DNA of 64,000 nt from Solirubrobacteraceae bacterium (GTDB lineage Bacteria; Actinomycetota; Thermoleophilia; Solirubrobacterales; Solirubrobacteraceae). Below the pieces are notes generated by a model that was not told the DNA's origin, did not search any database, and was given only the letters and a program-made list of their open reading frames with translations. Made by a program: the position numbers and the translations under genes. Within the stretch, counting starts at the first letter, position 1; every line of letters starts with the position of its first letter. Below are positions 40,501 to 48,374 of this stretch, one piece after another. The stretch spans positions 2,791 through 66,790 of the forward strand of contig DATJTS010000034.1 in assembly GCA_035503035.1 (NCBI GenBank), in the 5' to 3' direction.

Positions 40501-41929
40501 CGATCGTGCCCTGGCCGACCATCAGACGCGGGACCGAGGCGACGGTGCCGATGCCGCCCGGGTTGGTGAGCGAGATGTTGGCGCCCTGCAGGTCATCGGC
40601 CGCCAGGGTGTTCGTGCGCGCCTTCTCGACGAGCGCGTTGTACGCGTCCAGGAATTCCTGGAAGGAGAGCCGGCCGGCATCGCGGATGACCGGCACCATC
40701 AGCGTGCGGCTGCCGTCCTTCTTCTCGACGTCGACGGCAAGACCGAGGTTGACCTGTTCATCGTCGACGCGGTGCGGTTTGCCGTCGATCTCCTGGAAGT
40801 GGTGGGCCATCACGGCCATCTCCTCCGTCGCCACCCGCGCGATCGCGTAGGCGATGAGGTGGGTGAAGGAGACCTTCCGCTCGGCGGCCTTGAGTTGCTT
40901 GCGGCGGGCGTCGAGCGTGGTGACCGTCAGCGTCCTGAACGAGGTCGCGGTCGGGATCGAGCGGCTCTGATCCATGTAGCGCGCGAGCGCGGCACCGCCG
41001 CCCTTGATCAGCGTCGCGCCGGCGGGCGGCGCGGTGGTGGCGGCCTGTGTGGGGACGGGCGTGGCGCCATTGCTCTCGTGGGCGAGCACGTCGGCCTTGG
41101 TGATGCGGCCGCCGCGGGCCGTGCCGGTGACCGTACCGAGGTCGATGCCCTCCGCGGCGGCGACGCGCCGGGCGACGGGGGAAGCGTTGGCCGTGGAGCT
41201 TGCCGCTGTGGGGTGCGCGGGCTGGGCTTCTGCGGCGCTCGCGCCGTTGGTCCCGCCGGCGCTCGGTGCGGGGGCGCTGGACGCGGCGCCGGCGTCGGCG
41301 GTCATCCGGCCGATCACCTGGCCGACGTTCACCGTCTCACCCTCCTGGGCGAGGATCTCGGTGATCGTGCCACCGGTGGGCGCGGGCAGCTCCATGTCGA
41401 CCTTGTCAGTTGATATCTCGACCACCGTGTCGCCGTCCTTGACGGTGTCGCCGACCTTCACCGACCACTCGAGGATCGTGCCCTCGGTCACCGACTCACC
41501 GCCGGTCGGGGTGACGATGTCGACGGTCTTGCCGGCGCTCGCCTCGCTGCCGGCGGCGTGCGCCGCCTCGGCCTGGGCGCCGGCGGCCGCCTGCTCGGCG
41601 GTGGCCGGCTCGGCCTCGCCGGCGTCGGTCACGTTCGATGCGTTCGCGCCGTCGGTCCCCGGCGCGCCGGCACCATCGCCGGGGGCGATCTCGGCGAGGA
41701 CGGCGCCGACGGTGACCGTGTCCCCCTCGGCAGCGTGCAATTTGACGACCGTGCCGGAGATCGGTGAGGGGACCTCGGCGTCGACCTTGTCAGTCGAGAT
41801 CTCGACGAGCGTCTCGTCGGCCGCGATCGTGTCGCCCTCCGCTTTGTGCCATTCGAGCACCGTGCCCTCGGCCACGGAGTCACCCATGGCGGGCATCTGA
41901 ACTTCGACGGTGCGTGTTTCAACGGACAT
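37553..41929 (-). CDS. kgd: multifunctional 2-oxoglutarate dehydrogenase: 2 lipoyl domains + E3-binding + succinyltransferase + ThDP E1
   Basis: Two ISTDKVD lipoyl motifs, ASPVARR..GTARGGRITKADV, TYDHRIIQG, GMAHRGRLN, HGDAAF, WEAQFGDF, LPHGYEG. Confidence 0.93.
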   Translation of the reverse strand: MSVETRTVEVQMPAMGDSVAEGTVLEWHKAEGDTIAADETLVEISTDKVDAEVPSPISGTVVKLHAAEGDTVTVGAVLAEIAPGDGAGAPGTDGANASNVTDAGEAEPATAEQAAAGAQAEAAHAAGSEASAGKTVDIVTPTGGESVTEGTILEWSVKVGDTVKDGDTVVEISTDKVDMELPAPTGGTITEILAQEGETVNVGQVIGRMTADAGAASSAPAPSAGGTNGASAAEAQPAHPTAASSTANASPVARRVAAAEGIDLGTVTGTARGGRITKADVLAHESNGATPVPTQAATTAPPAGATLIKGGGAALARYMDQSRSIPTATSFRTLTVTTLDARRKQLKAAERKVSFTHLIAYAIARVATEEMAVMAHHFQEIDGKPHRVDDEQVNLGLAVDVEKKDGSRTLMVPVIRDAGRLSFQEFLDAYNALVEKARTNTLAADDLQGANISLTNPGGIGTVASVPRLMVGQGTIVATGSIAYPVGLERIGAQIGAEKVMTMTSTYDHRIIQGAESGRFLQRVEGLLQGENDFYQRVFADLGVTLPELPAPPQPSAPAPAAAAPTAERTTGGQVDEKLLQAVQAATSLLKAHRTHGHLAARLDPLGREPASDPSLDPGPLGLTPEIMERIPAHILRMYVPGGTLADALPRLRETYCGTMAYEIEHIASNRQRLWLREAIESGQFRQPLTTDEQKRLLRRLTEVDAFERFMHKSYLGQKQFSVEGLDMTVPMIDELIQLSGTRGTREVVIGMAHRGRLNVLAHNLGRPYGTIFAEFEGSKTLEPITSIPEGGTGDVKYHHGAEGTYQLLGGESITVRLESNPSHLEFVDPVVVGATRAAQTTRQGPHAHQDTNAAIPIILHGDAAFPGQGVVAETLNLQALDGYTVGGSVHIIQNNQVGFTTDPDDSRSTTMASDLAKGFDVPIIHVNADDVEACVSAIRLAFAYRQEFGHDVLIDLIGYRRFGHNEADEPAYTQPEMYAVIKKHPPVRELFARQLIDKGVVTEQESTEMTDRVWAELSETHQELKDRVEAVKDAAHDQPTGEYKLDRTPSPEVNTAVPLERLQVLNEELLSVPDGFTVHPKLVKQLEQRREAIQEGTEKPMIQWAHAESLAYASLLSEGIPIRLTGQDAERGTFSQRHLVLHDAKTGQEHCAIQHLPGAMSPMELHNSPLSEMACVGFEYGYSEEGPETLVLWEAQFGDFANGAQVIIDQFITSGLAKWGQTSRLTFLLPHGYEGAGPEHSSARLERYLQLAAEGNIRVANTTTPAQYFHLLRRQARIAKQRPLIIMTPKQLLRLPQAASRVEELAEGRFSAVLEDRAVDPEHVTRLVLCSGKVYYDLLGSPLREENPGVALGRVELLYPFPQGEILTLIERYPKLEEVVWVQEEPRNMGARAFMSPRLLQILPENLSFGYVGRPERAASGEGYPIAHATEQARIVRTALDAAVRVSQYPRVSPGDR

Positions 41930-41947
41930 CTGAGGGCCCTCGGCGCC

Positions 41948-42280
41948 TCACTCTACTGCGCGCGTGGGCACCGTCGTGCGTTCACGGTGTCTGTCTGCAT
42001 ACAGGAACCCGAGGCTGCCCGCGAACGGTCCGAGCCCACCCAGAACGGCCACCGTCACCGCCAGCCAGAACGGGATGATCCGGGCCCTGGCGGCGGCGAT
42101 GCAGACCAGCGACATGACGATCCACAGGACCCCGTGCGCGAGGCCGAGCCAGAACGTCCACGGCTGCGGTCCGCCCAGTGCGAACGCGCAGACGAGCAGC
42201 CCGGTGTAGACGATCGAGTGACAGATGGAGGTGATCTCCAGACGCCGGAACGTCACCGGCCCGAGGGTGCGTTGAGGCAT
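41948..42280 (-). CDS. small membrane protein (DUF3817-like)
   Basis: 3 TM segments, GLAHGVLW. Confidence 0.6.
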   Translation of the reverse strand: MPQRTLGPVTFRRLEITSICHSIVYTGLLVCAFALGGPQPWTFWLGLAHGVLWIVMSLVCIAAARARIIPFWLAVTVAVLGGLGPFAGSLGFLYADRHRERTTVPTRAVE

Positions 42281-42284
42281 CGGC

Positions 42285-42947
42285 TCAGGAGGTGAGCAGC
42301 GCCGCGGTGAGTCGCAGCGGCTCGTCGGCGTGCGCCGGCCACTGTCCCGGGTCGGCCGGCCACCACTCGAACTCGTCGTGCTCGGCGTCGGGGGTGACCT
42401 GCGCGCCCGCGGCCAGCCACGCCTGCCCGACGAGCATCGTGATCCGGGTCGGCAGCCGGATCAGCGCCTCGACCGTGAGCCGCTCGGCGGTGACCGACCA
42501 CTCCTCGGAGAGCTCCCGCGCGAGCGTCGCGGCCGGGTTCTCGTCGACCTCCACCGAGCCGGCCGCGCCGAGCGCCCAGCGCCTGGCCCACGTGGCCAGC
42601 CAGGCGGCGCGACGTCCCGCGAGCCAACGGCCCTCGGCGTCGCGCACCACGCACAGCGCCGACAGCGAGTCCGCACCATCGGCGCCCGGGAGCAGGCGCA
42701 GCGCCCAGCGCACCGGCTCGCAGTCGAGGCGGAGCTTGCCATCGGGCGAGACCTCGAAGTCGCGCAGACGCGCGGCGAGGCCGTCATGGCTCGGCGAGCC
42801 CCGGCCCTTGAGCTCCTCCAGCGCGCGGTCGGCGTCCGCCGTCGTCTGGGGCGGCACGTCATAGGGCTCGCTGCGCCAACGGACCTCGACATCCTCCGGA
42901 TCCCACGGCCCGCGGGCAAGGATCCCGGACTGGTCGACCATCGTCAT
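42285..42947 (-). CDS. NUDIX-like hydrolase
   Basis: AAGSVE..E....TLARELSEEW Nudix-like box. Confidence 0.75.
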   Translation of the reverse strand: MTMVDQSGILARGPWDPEDVEVRWRSEPYDVPPQTTADADRALEELKGRGSPSHDGLAARLRDFEVSPDGKLRLDCEPVRWALRLLPGADGADSLSALCVVRDAEGRWLAGRRAAWLATWARRWALGAAGSVEVDENPAATLARELSEEWSVTAERLTVEALIRLPTRITMLVGQAWLAAGAQVTPDAEHDEFEWWPADPGQWPAHADEPLRLTAALLTS

Positions 42948-44140
42948 ACCGTACCCGCGGCCGGTTTGGACGGGCGCATCGCGGTCGCGACCGCGGCGAG
43001 CACGAGCGCGAGCAGACCCGCGCCGGAAATGAGCACGACCGCGGGTCGCATCAGGTGCTCGAGCTCGGCGATCGCGAGCGGTGCCGCGAATCCGACGTAG
43101 GTGAGCGCGTAGAAGATGGCGGTGAGCGAGGCGAGCTCACCCGGCGCGGCGAGCGCCTGGACCTCGAGCAGCCCTGAGACCAGGCAGAGGCCGTACCCCG
43201 TACCGAGCAGCATGTCGGCGGGGAGCGCGAGCGGCCAACTGCCGAGCGCGACCGCGAGCGCCGCGAGGGCGAGCCCGGCGAGTGTCGCGGCCAAGCCTCC
43301 GAGCAGGCCACGGCCGGGACTCCTGCGGTCCAGGCGGCGCGCGAACGGCTGGATCAGCACGCCGATCGCCAGGGTGAGGGCGGCGGTGAGCGCCGCGAAG
43401 CCGATCTGGAAGCTGCCGAGCTCCGCGGCGATCATGGCGGGCACCACGGCGAACGCCACTGACGGGGCCACGAATACCCAGGGGGCAGAGGGGCTGACGA
43501 TCATCCGGAAGCGGCGGGTTCTGGCGGATGGGACGAGCACCGAGCGCTGGGCGACCTCGTGGTTCGGCTGCGGTGTGACCGTGTCGGGCGCGCGAAGCCC
43601 GGGGACGAGGACCAGGGCGACGACCGCGAGGTGCGGCAGATAGGCGACAAGCAGCGGATGCGGCGCCCACTCGGCGAGCAGGCCGGCGACCAGTGGGCCG
43701 AGGCCGAAGCCGGCGCTGATCGCGATGGCGGCGCGGCGTGCCCCCGCCTCGGCATCGGCGCCCGCGTCATGAGGCGCCACCGACAGCTCCTTGACCCACG
43801 CGGTGCCCGCCGCGAACGCGGCCCCGCTCGCCACACCGGCCAGCAGACGGCCGACGTAGAGCCACACGAGCGCGTGCTCGCCGGCGATCAGCGCACACGT
43901 CGCCAGGCCGGAGAGTGCGCCCGCACCGCACGTGATCGCCCGTCGCCCGCGCGCGTCGGAGATCGGGCCGAGCAGCAGCAGCGCCGGGATCAGGCCGAGC
44001 GCATAGACGCCGAACAGCGCGTCGCCGGTCCCATCCGAGAGCCCGCGATCCAGCTTGTAGGCGAGCAGCAGGCTGGAGAACTGGTTCGCGCCCCAACCGA
44101 CGGCGAACATGACGCCGCAGACTCGCAGCCACGCTTTCAC
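42944..44140 (-). CDS. MFS transporter
   Basis: GPISDARGRR motif A, 12 TM. Confidence 0.9.
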   Translation of the reverse strand: MKAWLRVCGVMFAVGWGANQFSSLLLAYKLDRGLSDGTGDALFGVYALGLIPALLLLGPISDARGRRAITCGAGALSGLATCALIAGEHALVWLYVGRLLAGVASGAAFAAGTAWVKELSVAPHDAGADAEAGARRAAIAISAGFGLGPLVAGLLAEWAPHPLLVAYLPHLAVVALVLVPGLRAPDTVTPQPNHEVAQRSVLVPSARTRRFRMIVSPSAPWVFVAPSVAFAVVPAMIAAELGSFQIGFAALTAALTLAIGVLIQPFARRLDRRSPGRGLLGGLAATLAGLALAALAVALGSWPLALPADMLLGTGYGLCLVSGLLEVQALAAPGELASLTAIFYALTYVGFAAPLAIAELEHLMRPAVVLISGAGLLALVLAAVATAMRPSKPAAGTV

Positions 44141-44199
44141 CTGAGCTCGGTATAGCGGCCAGGGGCGTTCGGCTGGCCCGAGGCGTATCGTCGCTGACC

Positions 44200-44862
44200 G
44201 TGAGCACCGCCCGCGCCATCCACCGGATCACCGACGAGGATGAGTTGCGCGAGCTGATAGGGGGCGGGCCGACCGACCTGGTCATGTCGAAGATCGCCGA
44301 CCACGTCAACGACGTCACGCGGCGCTTCATCGAGGCCTCGCCCTACGTGTGCGTGGCCACCGCCCGGCCCGGCACCCCGTTCGGGGCACGTGGCGGCGGG
44401 CTCGACGTGTCACCCCGCGGCGATCCGCCCGGGTTCGTGCGCGTGCTCGACGAGCGCACGCTGTTCCTCCCAGAGCGGCCCGGCAACCGGATCGCCGATA
44501 CGCTCACGAACCTTCTGCATGACGACCGGATCGCGCTCCTGTTCCTCATCCCGGGGGTGGTGGACACCTTCCGCGTGCAGGGCCGGGCGGTGATCACCGA
44601 CGATCCGGAGTTGCTGGCGGGCTCCGAGGTCGAGGGCAAGCTGCCTCGTCTCGGCCTGGTGATCACGATCCAGGAGGCCTACACCCAGTGCCCGAAGGCC
44701 TCGATCCGCTCCTCGTTGTGGGATCCATCGGGGTTCGTCGATCGTGCGTCTCTGCCCTCGGGCGGCGAGGTCCTCCGGTCGTTGCGCTCCGACGGGTTCG
44801 ACGCCGAGACCTATGACCGCGAGCGGGCCGGGCGGTATGCCCGCGGCGAGGGGCTCTACTGA
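44200..44862 (+). CDS. FMN-dependent PPOX-type flavoprotein (MSMEG_1061-like)
   Basis: DVSPRGDPPGFV, PERPGNRIADTL.NL, LLFLIPG, CPKA..RS.LW. Confidence 0.88.
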   Translation: MSTARAIHRITDEDELRELIGGGPTDLVMSKIADHVNDVTRRFIEASPYVCVATARPGTPFGARGGGLDVSPRGDPPGFVRVLDERTLFLPERPGNRIADTLTNLLHDDRIALLFLIPGVVDTFRVQGRAVITDDPELLAGSEVEGKLPRLGLVITIQEAYTQCPKASIRSSLWDPSGFVDRASLPSGGEVLRSLRSDGFDAETYDRERAGRYARGEGLY

Positions 44863-45755
44863 GGCGTTGATTCGAGGATGCGGCGGATCCGCGCCGCTTC
44901 CTCGGTGCCGTCGCGGTTGAGGCGGTCGTCGGTGACGCGCAGCGTCCTGTACCCGTGTGCGAGCGCGTCGGCGTCCTTGGCGCGGTCTCGCTCGAACGAC
45001 GCGCGGCTCGAGTGGTGTCGCCAGGAGTCGAGCTCGACGATCAGCTTCTGGGTGGGATAGAGCCCGTCGACCTCCCGGCCGTTGTGGGGGAGGACGGCGC
45101 CGACGACGGGCATCGGGAGGTCGTGGCGCTGAGTGAACCGGCGAAACCTGTCCTCGAGCCAGGAGCGGGTGGGGCGCTCGGGGGCGTCGTCGTCGGTTGC
45201 CGCCCCGAGGAGCCGGTTGACGCGGCGGCTCTGCGTGCACAGCTCGGTGAATGCCCCCGCGTGCATGTGGTTGAGGTTTCGGAGGTCGTTGACGAGCCGG
45301 ATGAGCTGGGGGTCGGTGAGGCGTGGCTGGAGGTCCAGCACGGTACGGGCGGGCGTGGTCACGCGGATGCGCTGATGGGTGCGCACGTGTTGTGGTGTCA
45401 ACGTGGTGGAGCGGTGGGTCCAGATCCCGGGGCGCCGGCGCTCGTACGGGGCGACCACCTCGATCAGGCGGGGCCAGGGCTGGGCACCCCAGAGCGCCGC
45501 GGCCGCGGCGTGGCTGAGTGCCGACCCCTCGCCGCAGGCCAGCGTGGCCGCGAAGGCGCGGGCGAGCGCGTGCCGCGGGACGTGGCCGAGGGCGTAGACC
45601 CCGGCGTGCACCGGGATCAGCCAGCCGAGCCGGATCTGGCTCCGGATCCAGCTCGGCGTCACGCCGAGGGCGAGCAACTGGCCGCGCGTGATGTGGCCGA
45701 GCTGGCCGTCGGCGATCGTCGATATCTGGGCTCTGAGAGGGCAGTTCCGTCGCAT
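44856..45755 (-). CDS. AbiEi-like N-terminal domain + DUF559 (Vsr-like PD-(D/E)xK) protein
   Basis: Q.GHITR.QL..LG / GVYALG wHTH, SHAAAA.LWG, VTTPARTVLDL, S.LE, EVD..Y...LIVELDS..HH..RDR.KD. Confidence 0.85.
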   Translation of the reverse strand: MRRNCPLRAQISTIADGQLGHITRGQLLALGVTPSWIRSQIRLGWLIPVHAGVYALGHVPRHALARAFAATLACGEGSALSHAAAAALWGAQPWPRLIEVVAPYERRRPGIWTHRSTTLTPQHVRTHQRIRVTTPARTVLDLQPRLTDPQLIRLVNDLRNLNHMHAGAFTELCTQSRRVNRLLGAATDDDAPERPTRSWLEDRFRRFTQRHDLPMPVVGAVLPHNGREVDGLYPTQKLIVELDSWRHHSSRASFERDRAKDADALAHGYRTLRVTDDRLNRDGTEEAARIRRILESTPQ

Positions 45756-45802
45756 GGCTCTGTTCGGTAGAGCCGCGGGCGGGGTCGGATTCACCCCCCT
45801 GC

Positions 45803-46390
45803 GCGAGAAAAAGGCGTTGGGAGTGCGGAGATGTCGACGGCGCGGTGGAGGGGGCGGGGCAGCGGGGCGAGGTAGCGGGCGGCGGGGCGGCGGGGCGGCG
45901 GGGCGAGGTAGCGGGGCGACGAGGCGGCGGGGTGGCGGGGTGGCGGTGACGGGCGCCGATGGCACCCGGACGTTGCGGCCCGTGCGAGAAAGGAGCACCG
46001 ATGGGGCCCAGACATCGACCGCGTGCTGGTGGGACGCCGGTGGGGCGAGTGGCCATCCGGGTGGCTCGCGCCGTGCGACAAGAGTGCGCCGTGAGGCCCT
46101 GGACATCGACGGCGCGCGGGCGGCGCGCCGGTGGCCGGGCACCAGCGGCACCCGGATGGTCGGCTCGCGCGAGAAAAGCGCACCGTGGAGGCCCAGACAT
46201 CGACCGCGCGCCGATGGGGCGCCGGTGGCGCACCCTTGGCACCCCGATGGTCGGCCCGCGCGAGAAAAGCGCACCGTGGAGGCCCAGACATCGACCGCAC
46301 GCCGGCGGGAGCGCCGATGGCGCGCCGGTGGCCACCCGGGTGGATCGCCCCGTGCGAGAGAAGTGCACCCTGGGGGCCTGGACATCGACC
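45803..46390. repeat. degenerate tandem array of six 37-bp cores, period ~91-94 bp
   Basis: Cores GCGAGA-N21-GA(C/T)(A/G)TCGAC at 45803, 45984, 46075, 46169, 46260, 46354; 46166-46207 and 46257-46298 are identical 42-mers. Confidence 0.9.
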
Positions 46391-46440
46391 CGAGCCGGTG
46401 GCGCCCGCAGGCGCAACCCAACCGTGGACGAGACGGCGGG

Positions 46441-47319
46441 CTAGGGCAGGCGGGCGAGGAGGCGCTCGGTGCCGGGGCCGATCTCGTCAGGGAGGCGGGC
46501 GAGAAGCTCACGCCAGACGGGGTCCTCGGCGCAGACGGCGGCGAGCTCACGGACGGCGCCGTCCTCGTCACCTGCCTCGGCCATGCCGAGGGCGCCCCAG
46601 AAGCGGACCTCGCGCTCGCCCGAGGCGAGCTCGGAGGCGCGGCGAAAGCGGTCGGCGGCGGCGGCGACGTCGCCCTGGGCGGTCGCCTCGTCGCCCTCGC
46701 TCATCAGGGTGTAGGCGGCGTGCATCTGGAGGAGACGGTCGAGCTCCTCGAGCGGCTCGTCGTCGTCGTCGACCCGCAGCGAGACGAGGGTCTCCCAGGG
46801 GTCGCCGGTGCCGGGCACGACAAGCAGCGCCGCCGACTGGCGGCCGCGGAGGTCGCCGCCCGCCTCCTCCGCCGCGACGAGGGCCGCGAACAGGCGATCG
46901 GCGAGCGAGCCGGAGCGCCAGAGGTAGGCGTCGAGCATCGCCTCGGGAACGCCCTCGTGGGTCATGATGTTGGCTTGACAGCTGACCGCGTCGGCCTGGA
47001 TGTCGCCCGCGTAGCGGATGCATTTGGGCCCGGTGTAGCCGGCCACGTCGCCGGAGGCGTCGACCATCGCCACCTGGCGGAGCGCGGCGCCCGGGTCCTG
47101 GGCGCGGAGGGTCTCCAGCGCCTCGGGTGCCGAGGAGCCCTCGGCCATCAGCTCCAGGCCGCGCGGGCCGTAGTCGAGCCGCGCGTGTGCCTGGGTGGCG
47201 ACCGCGCCGACCCCGGGCCGGGCCCAGGTCACGACCGCGCCGACGGAGAAGAAGTGCGACTGCACGGCGACCCCCAGCTGGCCGGTCGCGGGGTCTCGGG
47301 CGACGATCGAGTAGGTCAT
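46441..47319 (-). CDS. DUF1028 (Ntn-hydrolase-like) protein with C-terminal TPR-like helices
   Basis: MTYSIVARD...GVAVQSH, GAVATQA, AGGDLRGRQSAAL, LRVDD. Confidence 0.88.
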   Translation of the reverse strand: MTYSIVARDPATGQLGVAVQSHFFSVGAVVTWARPGVGAVATQAHARLDYGPRGLELMAEGSSAPEALETLRAQDPGAALRQVAMVDASGDVAGYTGPKCIRYAGDIQADAVSCQANIMTHEGVPEAMLDAYLWRSGSLADRLFAALVAAEEAGGDLRGRQSAALLVVPGTGDPWETLVSLRVDDDDEPLEELDRLLQMHAAYTLMSEGDEATAQGDVAAAADRFRRASELASGEREVRFWGALGMAEAGDEDGAVRELAAVCAEDPVWRELLARLPDEIGPGTERLLARLP

Positions 47320-47388
47320 GGACTGATCTTCCCACCAGCAAGCCGACCCGCGCCACCCGGTCTCGGCCCGCCGATCCCAGGGTTCAGA

Positions 47389-48294
47389 TCACGCCGGATC
47401 GAGCGGCCAGCCCGCGCGATCAAGCAGCGCCCGCTGATCGGCACGCACCGAGCCGAGCAGATCGGCCACCGTCACGACCTCGGCGCAGCGCCTCGATGCA
47501 GCGCTCGCGGCCCCGACCAGCGCCGAGACCACCGGCCGCCCGGCCTCGACGCGCGTCCACTCGCGGACCTCGGCGGCCGTGCCGGCCCCCACCCCGCCGG
47601 ACGCTGCGAGTAGGTCGCAGGACTCGATCACGTGCCGCCCCGCGTCGAGGGCGACCGCGGCGCTGTCGATGAGCAGACGCCGAACCAGCAGATCCGCGGG
47701 CAGCGGCAGCAGCCGTGCCCAGTCCAGGCCGGGAAGGTCCCGGAACTCCAGCTCAGGTGCGCCCCGCAGCGCCCAGGAGAGCGAGACGGGCGCCTCCGGG
47801 ACGTAGGGATCGAGTGCGGCCCGGATGCGCGCGGTGGTGATCCCGAGCTCGGCAAGGGTGCGGTGGGCGATGTCGTCCCCGGGACAGACATCACCCTCGG
47901 GACGGGCGTCACCCTCCTCAGACGTGTCGCCCCCAGGAGAGCACTCCAGCTCGGCGCAGACACCGAGCAACAGATGCTCGGTGTTGACCCAGGCCAGCCG
48001 CCGGCTCTGGACCTCGACGAGCGACAGCTCCAGTGCGCACCGGGCGCCCAGCGTGAACGGCACCTGACCGGCGGGCGGCGTCCGGGTCGGCGCAACGATG
48101 CCGGCCAGCGCCTGTACCGCCGCCTCCCGTCCCACTCCGAGCGACTCGAGCGCCCAGGCCCCAAGCCCCTCCCCCACCTCCAGCTGACCGAGCAGCAGGT
48201 GCTCGGTGCCGATGTGCGGGTGGCCGAGGTTGCGGACGAGGTCCTGGGCGCGGACGACGACGTCTCGGCCGCGCTGGGTGAAACGCTCGAACAC
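47389..48294 (-). CDS. Clp N-terminal repeat domain protein without AAA+ module
   Basis: FERFT..R.VV..AQ, HIGTEHLLLG, VPFT, VNTEHLLLG. Confidence 0.75.
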   Translation of the reverse strand: MFERFTQRGRDVVVRAQDLVRNLGHPHIGTEHLLLGQLEVGEGLGAWALESLGVGREAAVQALAGIVAPTRTPPAGQVPFTLGARCALELSLVEVQSRRLAWVNTEHLLLGVCAELECSPGGDTSEEGDARPEGDVCPGDDIAHRTLAELGITTARIRAALDPYVPEAPVSLSWALRGAPELEFRDLPGLDWARLLPLPADLLVRRLLIDSAAVALDAGRHVIESCDLLAASGGVGAGTAAEVREWTRVEAGRPVVSALVGAASAASRRCAEVVTVADLLGSVRADQRALLDRAGWPLDPA

Positions 48295-48331
48295 GCGCCG
48301 AGCATCCCATGCGAACGCCGGCGGCGACGGG

Positions 48332-48363
48332 GGCGTCCCCGCCCGCGAGGGGCAGGGGACGCC
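48332..48363. terminator. GC-rich hairpin downstream of ABC permease
   Basis: GGCGTCCCC/GGGGACGCC stem plus inner GCCC/GGGC; no clear U-tract. Confidence 0.4.
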
Positions 48364-48374
48364 GAAGGTGATCA

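Noticed and set aside
37958-41413. Long antisense ORFs (e.g. 37958..40087, the 5' part of 11772..13976, 13981..15198, 62570..63739)
   Set aside because: Shadow frames expected opposite high-GC genes; no protein-like motifs.
45803-46390. Calling the array a CRISPR
   Set aside because: Repeats are too degenerate, linkers are homologous to each other and longer than typical spacers, and no cas genes are present.
45756-46571. 571-aa extended version of the DUF559 ORF and other ORFs over the array
   Set aside because: Translations are low-complexity Arg/Pro/Ala; unit lengths of 91/94 are not multiples of 3; the family-like sequence begins at ATG 45755.
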